Source: an uncultured Thermoanaerobaculia bacterium
GTDB taxonomy: Bacteria; Acidobacteriota; Thermoanaerobaculia; Multivoradales; JAGPDF01
NCBI GenBank assembly: GCA_964471955.1
Contig: CAYYIK010000007.1
Coordinates: 2,729-66,728 of the forward strand
DNA length: 64,000 nt
Reading direction: 5' to 3'
The notes beneath the pieces are model-generated. The model did not search any database. It worked only from the letters and a program-made list of their open reading frames with translations, and was not told where the DNA came from. Both the position numbers and the translations under genes were made by a program. Within the stretch, counting starts at the first letter, position 1; every line of letters starts with the position of its first letter. Below are positions 27,910 to 37,520 of the stretch, piece after piece.

Positions 27910-28018
27910 GTGATGCGTTCCTCCTTGAAGGGGGGCCCGGTCCGGGCCGGGCGATTTTTAGCACACTCCGCGCGGGCGAGTCCAACGCCGCACGGCGGCG
28001 CCGGAAGGGCCGCGAAGC

Positions 28019-28762
28019 TCAGATGTACAGGCCTCCGGAGACGTTGAGCACCTGTCCGGTGACGTAGCCCGCCTCGTCGCTGGCGAGGTAGACCACCGCC
28101 GCCGCGACCTCCTCGGCGGCGCCGAACCGGCGCAGCGCGATGTCCTCGAGCATGGCGGCGCGGGTCGCCTCGGGCAGGGCATCGGTCATCGCCGTCTCGA
28201 CGAAGCCGGGCGCCACGACGTTGGCCGTGATGCCGCGGCTCGCCAGTTCGCGCGCCACCGACTTGGTGAAGCCGATCAGCCCCGCCTTGGCGGCCGCGTA
28301 GTTGGCCTGGCCGGCGTTGCCCATCAGCCCGACCACCGAGGAGATGGTGACGATCCTCCCCCGCCGCCGGCGGAGCATGCCGCGCGAGATCTCCCGGGTG
28401 ACGACGAAGGTCCCGGTCAGATTGACGTCGATCACCGACTGCCACTGCTCCAGCGACATGCGGGCCAGCAGTCCGTCGGCGGTGATGCCGGCGTTGTTGA
28501 CCAGAATGTCGATCTCCGCCCACTCGGCCGGCAGCTCCCGGAGCCGGTCGGCGATCTCGCCGCCCTGCGCCAGGTCGAGGCGCAGCGTCGACGCTTCGCC
28601 GCCGGCTTCGCGGATGCGCGCCGCGAGCACCGCGAGCTTCTCCTCACCGCGGGCCGCCAGCACCACGCGCGCCCCCTGCGCCGCCAGCCGCGTCGCGATC
28701 GTCTCGCCGATGCCCTGCGACGCGCCGGTCACCAGCGCGGTTCTGCCGTCGAGTCGGAACAT
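28019..28762 (-). CDS. fabG: 3-oxoacyl-ACP reductase
   Basis: SDR fold: TGASQGIGETIA NAD(P)-binding, NNAG, YAAAKAG catalytic YxxxK. Confidence 0.9.
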   Translation of the reverse strand: MFRLDGRTALVTGASQGIGETIATRLAAQGARVVLAARGEEKLAVLAARIREAGGEASTLRLDLAQGGEIADRLRELPAEWAEIDILVNNAGITADGLLARMSLEQWQSVIDVNLTGTFVVTREISRGMLRRRRGRIVTISSVVGLMGNAGQANYAAAKAGLIGFTKSVARELASRGITANVVAPGFVETAMTDALPEATRAAMLEDIALRRFGAAEEVAAAVVYLASDEAGYVTGQVLNVSGGLYI

Positions 28763-28776
28763 GTTCGATTCGCTCC

Positions 28777-29703
28777 TCAGGCCAGCTTCGCCAGCCCGTC
28801 GGGCTCGGCGAGCGAGAATGCTTCGGCGTCCGGCACGATGCGGCGCACGAGGCCGGAGAGCACGGCTCCCGGGCCGACCTCGACGAAACGGGTGATGCCG
28901 AACTCCTCGCGCAGACGACGCACGGAATCGATCCAGCGCACCGGACCGTCGATCTGGCGGATCAGGGCGTCACGCGCGGCGGCGCCGGTGGTGACCGGAG
29001 AGGCGTCGATGTTGACCATCACGGGCACGGACGGATCGGCGAACCCGGCCGCCTCGAGGTCGGGCGTCAAGCCGCGGCGCGCCGGTTCCATCAGCGAGCA
29101 GTGGAAGGGCGCCGAGACGGGAAGCGGCAGGGCGCGCCGCGCGCCGCGCTCGCGGCAGAGAGCCATGGCGCGCTCGACCGCCGCGCGGTGGCCGGCGATC
29201 ACCGTCTGCTCCGGCGAGTTGTAGTTGGCCACCGCGCAGACCTCGTCGCCGGCCGCCTCGGCGGCCGCAGCCGCCACGGCCTCGGGCGCCAGGCCGAGTA
29301 TCGCCGCCATCGCGCCGACTCCGACCGGCACCGCCTCCTGCATCAGCTGGCCGCGCCGGCGCACCAGACGCGCCGCGTCGGCCAGGGCGAGGGTGCCGGC
29401 GACCACGTGGGCCGAGTACTCGCCCAGGCTGTGCCCCGCCATCGCATCGGCCGCGACGCCGCGCTCGGCCAGGACGCGGCCGATCGCCACCGAGACGGCG
29501 AGGATCGCCGGCTGCGTGTTGGCGGTCAGCTGCAGCTCCTCCTCCGGGCCGCTGGCGCACAGCTGCGCGAGGTCGAAACCGAGGGCCGCAGAGGCTTCGG
29601 CGAAGGCGGCGCGCGCGGCGGGAAACTCCGCCACCCAGGCGCTGCCCATGCCGACCTTCTGCGAGCCCTGGCCCGGAAAGACGAATGCGGTGCGCGGCGA
29701 CAT
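28777..29703 (-). CDS. fabD: malonyl CoA-ACP transacylase
   Basis: FPGQGSQKVGMG and active-site GHSLGEYSA. Confidence 0.9.
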   Translation of the reverse strand: MSPRTAFVFPGQGSQKVGMGSAWVAEFPAARAAFAEASAALGFDLAQLCASGPEEELQLTANTQPAILAVSVAIGRVLAERGVAADAMAGHSLGEYSAHVVAGTLALADAARLVRRRGQLMQEAVPVGVGAMAAILGLAPEAVAAAAAEAAGDEVCAVANYNSPEQTVIAGHRAAVERAMALCRERGARRALPLPVSAPFHCSLMEPARRGLTPDLEAAGFADPSVPVMVNIDASPVTTGAAARDALIRQIDGPVRWIDSVRRLREEFGITRFVEVGPGAVLSGLVRRIVPDAEAFSLAEPDGLAKLA

Positions 29704-29736
29704 GCCTCTCCCCTCCCTGCGTCCAGCGGTGACGGT

Positions 29737-30762
29737 TCAGGCGCCGGCGTCGGCCGCCAGCGGGCCTCCGGCGGCCGCCAGCTCGGCGAGCTTGGCGCCG
29801 ATGCGGGTCGCCACGTCGGCGCGGCCGAACTCGACGGCGCGGCGCACGGCGTTGCGCACGGCGCGGGCGTTCGAGCGCCCGTGCCCGATGAAGCAGCCGC
29901 CGGCGACCCCGAGCAGCGGCACGGCGCCGTACTCGGCGTAATCGGTGCGGCGGGCGAAATTGGCGAACGCCGGCCGGGCCAGCCAGCCACCGAAGCGAGT
30001 GCGGGAACTGCGCAGCAGCTCTTCGCGCACCATGCCGACCACCAGCTCGGCCATCCCCTCGGTGGCCTTGAGCAGCACGTTGCCGACGAAGCCGTCGCAG
30101 ACCACCACGTCGACGCCGCCCGAGAAGACCTCGCCGCCCTCCACGTTGCCGACGAAGTTGAGCCCGGTGGCGGCGATCGCCGCGTGGGCGTCGCGCACCA
30201 CGTCGTTGCCCTTGACGTGCTCCTCGCCGATCGAAAGCAGGCCGATGCGCGGCCGCGAGGTGCCGATCACCTCGCCGGCGTAGAAGTGTCCCATCACCGC
30301 GAACTGGCGCAGATGCTCGGCCCGGCTGTCGACGTTGGCGCCGACGTCGAGCACGACGGTGCGGCCGCGCCGGTTCGGAAAGACCGCCGCCAGCGCCGGC
30401 CGGTCGACACCCGGTACGGCGCCGATGAGCAGCTTGGCGGCGACCATGGCCGCGCCGCTGTTGCCGGCGGTGACCATCGCATCGGCGCGCCCTTCGCGCA
30501 CCAGCTCGGCGCACATCGCGAGCGAGGAGCGGCGCTTGCGGCGCACCGCGGTGGCGGGCTCGTCCATGCCGACGGTCTCCGGGGCGTGCACGACCTCAAC
30601 GCGCCCGGACGCACCGCCCAGCTTCTCGATCTCGCTCTCGACGATCCCGCGGTCGCCGACGAGCAGAATCGACACGCCCTCCTCGAGCGCGGCCAGGAGA
30701 GCTCCCTGGACCGCGGCGCGCGGGGCGAGATCGCCCCCCATGGCGTCGACGGCGATCCTCAT
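29737..30762 (-). CDS. plsX: phosphate acyltransferase PlsX
   Basis: MRIAVDAMGGDLAPRAAVQGAL...GNVLLKATEG PlsX signature. Confidence 0.9.
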   Translation of the reverse strand: MRIAVDAMGGDLAPRAAVQGALLAALEEGVSILLVGDRGIVESEIEKLGGASGRVEVVHAPETVGMDEPATAVRRKRRSSLAMCAELVREGRADAMVTAGNSGAAMVAAKLLIGAVPGVDRPALAAVFPNRRGRTVVLDVGANVDSRAEHLRQFAVMGHFYAGEVIGTSRPRIGLLSIGEEHVKGNDVVRDAHAAIAATGLNFVGNVEGGEVFSGGVDVVVCDGFVGNVLLKATEGMAELVVGMVREELLRSSRTRFGGWLARPAFANFARRTDYAEYGAVPLLGVAGGCFIGHGRSNARAVRNAVRRAVEFGRADVATRIGAKLAELAAAGGPLAADAGA

Positions 30763-30787
30763 CCCGGCGTGCGGGGCGGGATCCGGA

Positions 30788-30973
30788 TCAGGACTGCGGG
30801 CCGGTCTCGACCACTTCCCGGCCGCGGTAGCTGCCGCAGCTCGGGCAGACGCGGTGCGGCAGCTTGCGCTCGCCGCAGCTCGGGCAGAGCGAGGTGCCCG
30901 GCACGGTCAGCGCATCGTGGGCGCGCCGCTTGTCGCGCCGGTGCTTGGAGTGGCGGTGTTTCGGATTCGGCAT
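30788..30973 (-). CDS. rpmF: 50S ribosomal protein L32
   Basis: [42 protein letters not shown]. Confidence 0.9.
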   Translation of the reverse strand: MPNPKHRHSKHRRDKRRAHDALTVPGTSLCPSCGERKLPHRVCPSCGSYRGREVVETGPQS

Positions 30974-31004
30974 CGTCGGTCCCTCTCGGCTTCCTGCCTG
31001 ACCG

Positions 31005-31541
31005 TCAGTCGCGGTCGTCGTCGTTGCTGCTCCGCAGCGCGGCCAGCGCGGCCCAGCGCGGATCCGGCGGCGGCGCGGCGCAGCCGCACGGCCCCGGGTT
31101 CAGATTCGCTCCGCAGCGCGGGCAGAGCCCGGCGCAGTCGGGTCGGCAGAGCGGATGGGTCGGCAGGTTGAGCTGCACCTGCTCGGCGACCAGGAGCCCG
31201 CTGTCGAGCACGCCGCCGTCCACTTCGACCACCCCCAGCTCCTCCTCCCGCAACTCGCGCTCGCCGGCGACGGGACGCTCGCGCCCCTCGACCACCAGCA
31301 ACTCGAGCGGCAGGACGACCGCCTCTTCGGCCGGCGCCAGGCAACGATCACAGGGCACCGTCTGGCGCCAGGCCAGGCGCGCCGCCAGGACGTAGCCGGT
31401 GTCGATCCGCGTCAGAGTCCCGTCGACGGCGACCAGAGTCAGGACGACCTCCGGCCCCAGCTCGAGGGCTGCGGGTTCGAGAGCGATCTCTTCCTGCCAG
31501 CGAAAGGGCTCGTCGCGCGCGGAATCCAGGTGAATCTTCAT
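31005..31541 (-). CDS. YceD/DUF177 family protein (23S rRNA accumulation protein)
   Basis: Conserved position upstream of rpmF-plsX; C-terminal CxxC...CxxC ([23 protein letters not shown]). Confidence 0.85.
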   Translation of the reverse strand: MKIHLDSARDEPFRWQEEIALEPAALELGPEVVLTLVAVDGTLTRIDTGYVLAARLAWRQTVPCDRCLAPAEEAVVLPLELLVVEGRERPVAGERELREEELGVVEVDGGVLDSGLLVAEQVQLNLPTHPLCRPDCAGLCPRCGANLNPGPCGCAAPPPDPRWAALAALRSSNDDDRD

Positions 31542-31582
31542 CGGCCGAGCCCTCCGCGGAGAGCCGACGAAGGGTATCGGAT

Positions 31583-32815
31583 TCAGCGGGTTGGGTCAAT
31601 CGCGGCGGCCCCGCCGGCGGGCCGCCCGTGGCACGGGACGAGGCGCACCCAGGCTCCGCCGGGACCCACCGCGAGAGAGGCGCGGCCGCAGCCGCGCAGC
31701 GGTTCGAGCAGTGCCGCCAGACGCTCGAACGGCCGCGCCTCGGCCGCCCCGAAGACGGGCACCTGGCGCAGCGCGCGGGCGATCCCGGCCGCCGCGGGGG
31801 CCATCCGGTCGGGGTCGGCCCCCGCCGCCCGGTCCAGCCCGGCGGCCAGCAGCGCCTCCGCGGCGGCCGCGAAGCGTGCCGCCGGTGCGAGAGCGGTGCG
31901 CTCGAGCGAGCGGATCCGCAGGTCCGCCTCGAACCGTTCCGGCACCTCGCCGCCCACCAGCTCCACGAGCTCCTCGCCCGGCAGGTCGAACTCCGCACCG
32001 CCGCGGGCGAACACGGCGATCCGGGGCAGGCCGAGCCGGTCCGCGCCTCCGGCCTCCACCAGCACTCCGCGCCGCCCTTCCCCCGCCGTCCGCTCGACCC
32101 ACCAGGCATCGGGCAGCTCCCGCCGCAGCCAGAACGGCCCTTCCGGCGCCAGGGGGCCGATCGCCGGAGGGTCGCCGGCGCGCAGTTCGAGGCGAGCCGG
32201 GGTGCCCGCCTCTCGCGGAACCCGGGCCAGCCGGTAGAGGCCGGCCGGCAGCGGCCCCGCGGGGCGGACGAGACGCACGAGGCCGAGCACGGGGCTCTCC
32301 GGCAGGCGGAGCGCCACCGCCGGAGGCGCCCCCGCGGGACCGCGCCGATAGCGCCAGAGCCGACCCTCCCAGCGGACCTCCTCCCCCTCCCCGACGGGGC
32401 CCCCGGCCAGCCAGGGGTTGCCGGCCAGCCGGCCCGCCCAGCGGGCCAGCACGGCCACCGTGGGCAGGAGGCGCGCGGCGGCGCGCACCCCGCCGTCTGC
32501 CGTCGTCACCACCACCAGCTCGCGGGACGGGGGGACGACGAACGGGCCGAAGCCGGGGATCGCCTCACCGGATCTCCCGGCGGGGCCGAGCCGGGCGATC
32601 CAGCGCCGCAGATCGCCGGTGCGCCGCTCGAGCCGGCGCAGATTCTGGTGCGGAAAGGGGAGCCAGACTCCGGCGACCACGTCGGGAGCGGCGAGCTCGG
32701 CCGCCAGAGAGCCCGAGACGGCCGCCCGCTCGCGGCCGCCGTACCAGAAGACGACGTGGCCGGCCGTGGCGGCGAGCAGCAGCAGGCCCAGCGCGATCCG
32801 GCTGCGCCGGCTCAT
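31583..32815 (-). CDS. hypothetical membrane-anchored protein
   Basis: N-terminal anchor MSRRSRIALGLLLLAATAGHVVFWYGG; start overlaps the stop of the upstream GT4 gene (32812-32815); no family recognised. Confidence 0.5.
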   Translation of the reverse strand: MSRRSRIALGLLLLAATAGHVVFWYGGRERAAVSGSLAAELAAPDVVAGVWLPFPHQNLRRLERRTGDLRRWIARLGPAGRSGEAIPGFGPFVVPPSRELVVVTTADGGVRAAARLLPTVAVLARWAGRLAGNPWLAGGPVGEGEEVRWEGRLWRYRRGPAGAPPAVALRLPESPVLGLVRLVRPAGPLPAGLYRLARVPREAGTPARLELRAGDPPAIGPLAPEGPFWLRRELPDAWWVERTAGEGRRGVLVEAGGADRLGLPRIAVFARGGAEFDLPGEELVELVGGEVPERFEADLRIRSLERTALAPAARFAAAAEALLAAGLDRAAGADPDRMAPAAAGIARALRQVPVFGAAEARPFERLAALLEPLRGCGRASLAVGPGGAWVRLVPCHGRPAGGAAAIDPTR

Positions 32816-34185
32816 CGCCCCTCCGGGGCCCAGCCGAGGTCGGCCAGCGTCGCCGCCAGCCCGGGCAGCAGGTCGGGGGCGCTGCGGTCCAGGCCGAGGT
32901 CGGCGAAGTCCGCCGCCAGTCCGGCCGCCAGCGCCACCCGCGGGTCCCCCTCCGCCCCGGCGGCGAGCGGCGCAACGGCGACAGCGGGCGGCGGGGCCGC
33001 GGCCACGCGCGCGAGGGCCTCGCGCCAGCGCCTCGCCGCCGCGGGCAGGGCGTGCTGCCGCTCGACGTGCCGGCGGCCCGCCGCACCGACCGCGGCGCGC
33101 AGTGCCGGATCCGCGGCGAAGGCCTCGAACAGCGCCGCGAGAACCGGCGTCTCGCAGTCGTCGAGCGACACCCGGGCGACCGCGCCGGGCGGCACTTCGG
33201 CGAACGAGCCGGTATGCGAGACGATCGTCGGCACGCCGGCGGCGAGCAGGTGCAGCAGCGCCGCCGAGGTCTCGCCGCCGGTCGGGTGGCGCAGATTGAC
33301 CGCCACGTCGCAGGCCGCCATGGCGCCTTCGAACTCGCCGGCCGGCAGGCGCCCCGTCACCGTCACCCCGTCGGCTCCGTGCGCCGCGAGCAGCGCCGCG
33401 AGATCCTCGCGCGCCGGCACCTCGCCGACGATCAGGAAGCGGGCGTCGGGTCGCGAACGGCGCAGCCGCGCGAAGGCGGCGAGCGCCGGACCCAGCCGCT
33501 TCTGCGGCGTGACGAAGCCGAACGAAGCGAGCACGAAGGCGCCCGTCGGAAGGTCGAGGGCGCGGCGGGCCGCCAACCGCGCCGCGGCATCGACGGGCGC
33601 GACGGCCCCGGTGTCGACGGCGAACGGCACCACCTCGACGCGCGCCGCCGGCCGGCTGGCGAGCACCCGGTCGGCGGCGAAGCGGGAGTGGACGAGTACC
33701 GCGCGACTGCGATCGACCACCCGCTCGAAGAGCGGGAAGGACCAGATGTCGAGCGGATGGTGGGTGTCGAGCAGCCGCCGGGCGGCGCGCCGGCCGGTCT
33801 CCCCCGCCGCGTAGCGCATCTCCTCGACGTAGCCGGCGGGGTCCCCGGCGCCCAGCGTTCGTGCGCGGAAGAGGTGATGGAGCATGAATTCGTGCAGCAC
33901 CACGACTCCCGGCAGCTCGAGCAGCAGATCGAGCATGCCGGCATGGTGCGGCAGGCTGTTGCCGAGGTGGTACAGCAGCACGTCGTAGTCGCCGGCGCGC
34001 GCCGCCAGCTCGCGCACCGGCCGCGCGGCGAAGCGGTCGGCGAGCGCCGGCGGAGGCGGCGTCCGCCCTTCATGGTAGAGATCGATCGCGAGCCCGGTCG
34101 CGGCGAGCCCCGGCGCCAGCGTCGCGGCGTAGTCGGCGATACCCGAATCGAGCGGCGGCAGCGGCGAGACGAAGGCGATGCGCAC
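32812..34185 (-). CDS. glycosyltransferase family 4 (GT-B, group 1)
   Basis: MRIAFVSPLPPLDSGIADY N-terminus and C-terminal GT1 core (VGEVPARED...AACDVAVNLRHPTGGETSAALLHLLAAGVPTIVSH). Confidence 0.8.
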   Translation of the reverse strand: MRIAFVSPLPPLDSGIADYAATLAPGLAATGLAIDLYHEGRTPPPPALADRFAARPVRELAARAGDYDVLLYHLGNSLPHHAGMLDLLLELPGVVVLHEFMLHHLFRARTLGAGDPAGYVEEMRYAAGETGRRAARRLLDTHHPLDIWSFPLFERVVDRSRAVLVHSRFAADRVLASRPAARVEVVPFAVDTGAVAPVDAAARLAARRALDLPTGAFVLASFGFVTPQKRLGPALAAFARLRRSRPDARFLIVGEVPAREDLAALLAAHGADGVTVTGRLPAGEFEGAMAACDVAVNLRHPTGGETSAALLHLLAAGVPTIVSHTGSFAEVPPGAVARVSLDDCETPVLAALFEAFAADPALRAAVGAAGRRHVERQHALPAAARRWREALARVAAAPPPAVAVAPLAAGAEGDPRVALAAGLAADFADLGLDRSAPDLLPGLAATLADLGWAPEGR

Positions 34186-34199
34186 GCGGCCGCTCCCGT

Positions 34200-35246
34200 T
34201 CAGACCGCCGCGAGCAGGCGCTCGACGACGCGGTCCCAGCCGATGGCCGCCACCCGCTCCCGTCCGGCGACGCCGAGCCGGACGGCCTCGTCGCGATCGT
34301 CGAACAGGCGGTCGAGCCGGGAGGCGATCTCGCGCGGCGAATCGGGGGCGCAGACGAACCCGTTGACGCCGTCGGCGACGAACTCGAGCACGCCGCCGGA
34401 GTCCGCGGTGGTGACGACCGGCCGCGCCGAGCGCATCGCCTCGACGGTGACGTAGCCGTAGTCCTCGTCGAACGGGGCATAGAAGACCGCCAGCGCGCCG
34501 GCGTAGAGCTCGATCAGGGTCGCGTCGTCGATCCGCCCCGGCAGCGCCACCCGGTCGCCCACGCCGAGTCCGGCGGCGAGCGCCGCGAGCCGCTCGCGGT
34601 CCGGCCCGTCGCCGGCGATGACCGCGCGCAGCGGCCGCCGGCTGGCGGCGATCGCGCGCACCAGCAGGTCGAAGCGCTTCATCGGGTCGAGGCGGCCGAC
34701 GGTGACCACGCAGTCGCCGGGGGGGTCGGCGCGGTAGCGCTCGCCGAGCGCCGGCGGCGGGTAGAGCACTTCGGCGTCGAGGCCGTTGTGGGCCTTGAGC
34801 CGCTCGGCGGTGTTGCGCGAGATCGAGAAGAGGCCGCGCGCCTCGCCGAGCGCCCGCTGGTCGACCGAGCGGATCATCGCCGCCACCTCCTCGTCACCGC
34901 GCTGGGCGCCGAAGTCGGAGAAGCGGGTTCCGGCCAGGTCGTAGACCTGGCGGAACTGGTGGATGAGCCAGACGACCTTGCGCGGATGGCGGACGACGTA
35001 GGAGGGGAAGCGCGTCGCGATCACCAGGTCGACCCGCTCGCCGGCCGCCTCCCCCAGCTCGACGAGCCGCCAGGCGAGGGCGCTGCGCAGGATCGCCTGG
35101 CGGTTCGACCAGTTGAACGGCAGGGCGACGATCTCGACCCGGTGACCCCGCCGCACCAGCTCGTCGCGCAGCGACTCGTAGAGCACCTCGGCACCGCCGC
35201 GGGTAAAGGGTACCTGGGCGGCGCAGATCGCGATGCGCGCGCTCAC
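34200..35246 (-). CDS. glycosyltransferase family 4
   Basis: GTG start (VSARIAICAAQVPFTRGGAEV); C-terminal EDYGYVTVEAMRSARPVVTTADSGG GT1 motif. Confidence 0.75.
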   Translation of the reverse strand: MSARIAICAAQVPFTRGGAEVLYESLRDELVRRGHRVEIVALPFNWSNRQAILRSALAWRLVELGEAAGERVDLVIATRFPSYVVRHPRKVVWLIHQFRQVYDLAGTRFSDFGAQRGDEEVAAMIRSVDQRALGEARGLFSISRNTAERLKAHNGLDAEVLYPPPALGERYRADPPGDCVVTVGRLDPMKRFDLLVRAIAASRRPLRAVIAGDGPDRERLAALAAGLGVGDRVALPGRIDDATLIELYAGALAVFYAPFDEDYGYVTVEAMRSARPVVTTADSGGVLEFVADGVNGFVCAPDSPREIASRLDRLFDDRDEAVRLGVAGRERVAAIGWDRVVERLLAAV

Positions 35247-35671
35247 GCAGCCGGTCCGGGAGGCTCGGGACGGGGCGCCAGTTCTTCGATCCGGGCGCGC
35301 AGGCGCTCGATCTGGCGCTGCGCTTCGCGCTCCCGTTCGGCCAGCTCGACGATCAGCGCCGCGGCGGCCTGGTTGAACTCGTTCTGCTGTTGCATCACCG
35401 CGCGCGCGTGCCACTTGAATCCGAGGTGGTAGAAGAGTTTGCGGGCCAGGACGAGCAGGCGCCCGATGCCCGGCCGCGGTGAAACCGGCTGCGGCTCCTG
35501 CACGAACTCGCGCTGGCGCAGCTCGGCCAGCCGGGCGGCGAGCCCCTCGCCGCCCGCGCCGAGCGCCGCCAGCTCGCCGCGCCGCAGGCGCACGCCCGCT
35601 TCGAGCGCCGCCAGTGCCGCCGCGGCGGCTTCGCGCCCGGCGTCGCCCCCCTCGTCTCCGCTCGCCTGCAT
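35243..35671 (-). CDS. possible coiled-coil protein (hypothetical)
   Basis: Frame ends 4 nt inside the GT4 start; heptad-like region NEFNQAAAALIVELAEREREAQRQIERLRARIEEL; weak support. Confidence 0.3.
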   Translation of the reverse strand: MQASGDEGGDAGREAAAAALAALEAGVRLRRGELAALGAGGEGLAARLAELRQREFVQEPQPVSPRPGIGRLLVLARKLFYHLGFKWHARAVMQQQNEFNQAAAALIVELAEREREAQRQIERLRARIEELAPRPEPPGPAA

Positions 35672-35814
35672 CGCCGCCAAGTCTACGGGAAGCGGCGCGC
35701 GACGCCGCTCCCACCCCGCCGCGCGCCGGAGCCACCCGGCCGGCCGGTGCCCCGGGGCCACCCGGCGGGTAGCTTGAGCGGGGAGCGCACCGCTCGCTCC
35801 CGAGGAGGAGTGGG

Positions 35815-36285
35815 ATGAGAGTCCGGGAGATTCTTCGCCGCGAAGTCCGGGTCGCCCGGCCCGAGAGCGACCTCGCCACCATCGGCCGCACCATGGACGA
35901 AATCGGCTGCGGCATCGTGCCGATCGTCAACGAGCGCGGCCAGGCGGTCGGTGTGCTGACCGATCGCGATCTCTGCCTGGCCCTGGCGCGCGCCGACCGC
36001 CGGCCCTCCGAGATCAGGGCGCGGGACGTGATGTCGGGCGACCTGTTCACCTGCGGCGCCGGAGATTCGATCGAGGAGGCGCTGGCGCAGATGGCGCTGC
36101 ACCGCGTCCGACGCCTGCCGGTGCTCGACGAGCGCCAGCAGATCATCGGCCTGCTGTCGCTCGACGACGTCGTCCTCTACGCACGCGCCCTGGCCACCGA
36201 AGATTTCACCGGTCCGTTCTACGCCGACATCGCGCGGACCCTGATGGCGATCTGCGAGCACCCGCTGCCCGCCCCGGTCCACTGA
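35815..36285 (+). CDS. CBS domain pair protein
   Basis: Two CBS repeats (IVPIVNERGQAVGVLTDRDL; LPVLDERQQIIGLLSLDDVV). Confidence 0.8.
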   Translation: MRVREILRREVRVARPESDLATIGRTMDEIGCGIVPIVNERGQAVGVLTDRDLCLALARADRRPSEIRARDVMSGDLFTCGAGDSIEEALAQMALHRVRRLPVLDERQQIIGLLSLDDVVLYARALATEDFTGPFYADIARTLMAICEHPLPAPVH

Positions 36286-36455
36286 GCCGGTCCGGGGGCG
36301 GCCCGCCGCGCCGCCGGCGACGATAGACTTGCCGGGTTCCGGCCGGCCGCGAGACGCGCCGGCCGCCGCCCCCGGAGGATCCGATCCCGTCTTCGCGCCG
36401 TCCCCGCATCGCCGTCGACCTGCGCGCCGTCGTCGCCGAGCCGACCGGCATCGGG

Positions 36456-37520
36456 GTGCACACCCTCGAATTGCTCGAACGGCTGGCGCGCGCCGGCGAG
36501 TTCGAGTTCGTCGGCCTCGCCCACCGCGAACCGCGACCCGCCGCCCGCCTGCGCGCCGCCGGCGTCGCGATCGAGTGGCAGCGCGCGCCGCTCGGCGTCG
36601 TCTGGCAGCAGCTCGTGCTGCCGCGCCGGCTCGCGGCGGGTGACCTCGATCTCTTCTGGTCGCCGCTGCAGACGCTCCCCGGACGGCTGCCGATTCCGGC
36701 GATCGCGACGATCCACGACCTCGCGGTGCTGCTCTACCCGGAGACGCTGCCGCTGCGGGTGCGCTGGAGCCAGATCCCCTTCCTCGCCACGACGGTCGAC
36801 CGGGCGACGCGCCTGATCGCGGTGTCGCGCGCGACCGCGGACGACCTGGTCGCCGCCTTCCCCGCCGCCGCCGGCAAGGTCGAGGTCATCGCCAACGGCG
36901 TCGACGCCGCCTGGCGCCCCGGCGAGGCCCCGGCGATCGCCGCCACCCGGGAGGCCCTGGGGGCGCCGGGTGGCTACCTGCTCTCGGTCGGCACGCTGGA
37001 GCCGCGCAAGAACCTCGACCTGCTGCTCGACGCCTGGCTGCTGCTGCGCGACGAGCTCGGCGAGGCGACGCCGCCGTTGCTGCTCTCCGGCTCCCCGGGC
37101 TGGAAGAGCCGCGCCCTCGACGCCCGGCTCGCCGCGCTCGCGCCGCTCGGCGTGCGCCGGCTCGGCCGGCTGCCGCTGGCCGACCTGCGGGCCGCCGTGC
37201 AGGCGGCCACCGTCTTCGTCTACCCGTCGCTCTACGAGGGGTTCGGCCTGCCGGTGCTCGAAGCGATGGCCTGCGCCGTACCGGTCGTCGTCTCGCGCAC
37301 CCCCGCTCTGCTGGAGGTCACGGGAGACGCCGGCTGCGCGATCGAACCGGACGACCCGGCCGGGCTCGCCGCCGAGCTGGCCGCTCTGCTCGCCGATCCG
37401 CGGCGCGCCGCCGCCTTCGGCCAGCGGGGCCGCGAGCGCTCGCTGGACTTGTCCTGGGACGCGGCGGCGCAGCGGCTCGGCGAGCTCTTCCGGGCGGTTC
37501 TCGCGGAGGGCCGGGCGTGA
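36456..37520 (+). CDS. glycosyltransferase family 4; true N-terminus probably lies upstream of the first canonical start
   Basis: GT4-like N-terminal sequence RIAVDLRAVVAEPTGIGVHTLELL is encoded in frame from ~36400, but no ATG/GTG/TTG exists between the in-frame stop at 36324 and the GTG at 36456. Confidence 0.7.
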   Translation: MHTLELLERLARAGEFEFVGLAHREPRPAARLRAAGVAIEWQRAPLGVVWQQLVLPRRLAAGDLDLFWSPLQTLPGRLPIPAIATIHDLAVLLYPETLPLRVRWSQIPFLATTVDRATRLIAVSRATADDLVAAFPAAAGKVEVIANGVDAAWRPGEAPAIAATREALGAPGGYLLSVGTLEPRKNLDLLLDAWLLLRDELGEATPPLLLSGSPGWKSRALDARLAALAPLGVRRLGRLPLADLRAAVQAATVFVYPSLYEGFGLPVLEAMACAVPVVVSRTPALLEVTGDAGCAIEPDDPAGLAAELAALLADPRRAAAFGQRGRERSLDLSWDAAAQRLGELFRAVLAEGRA

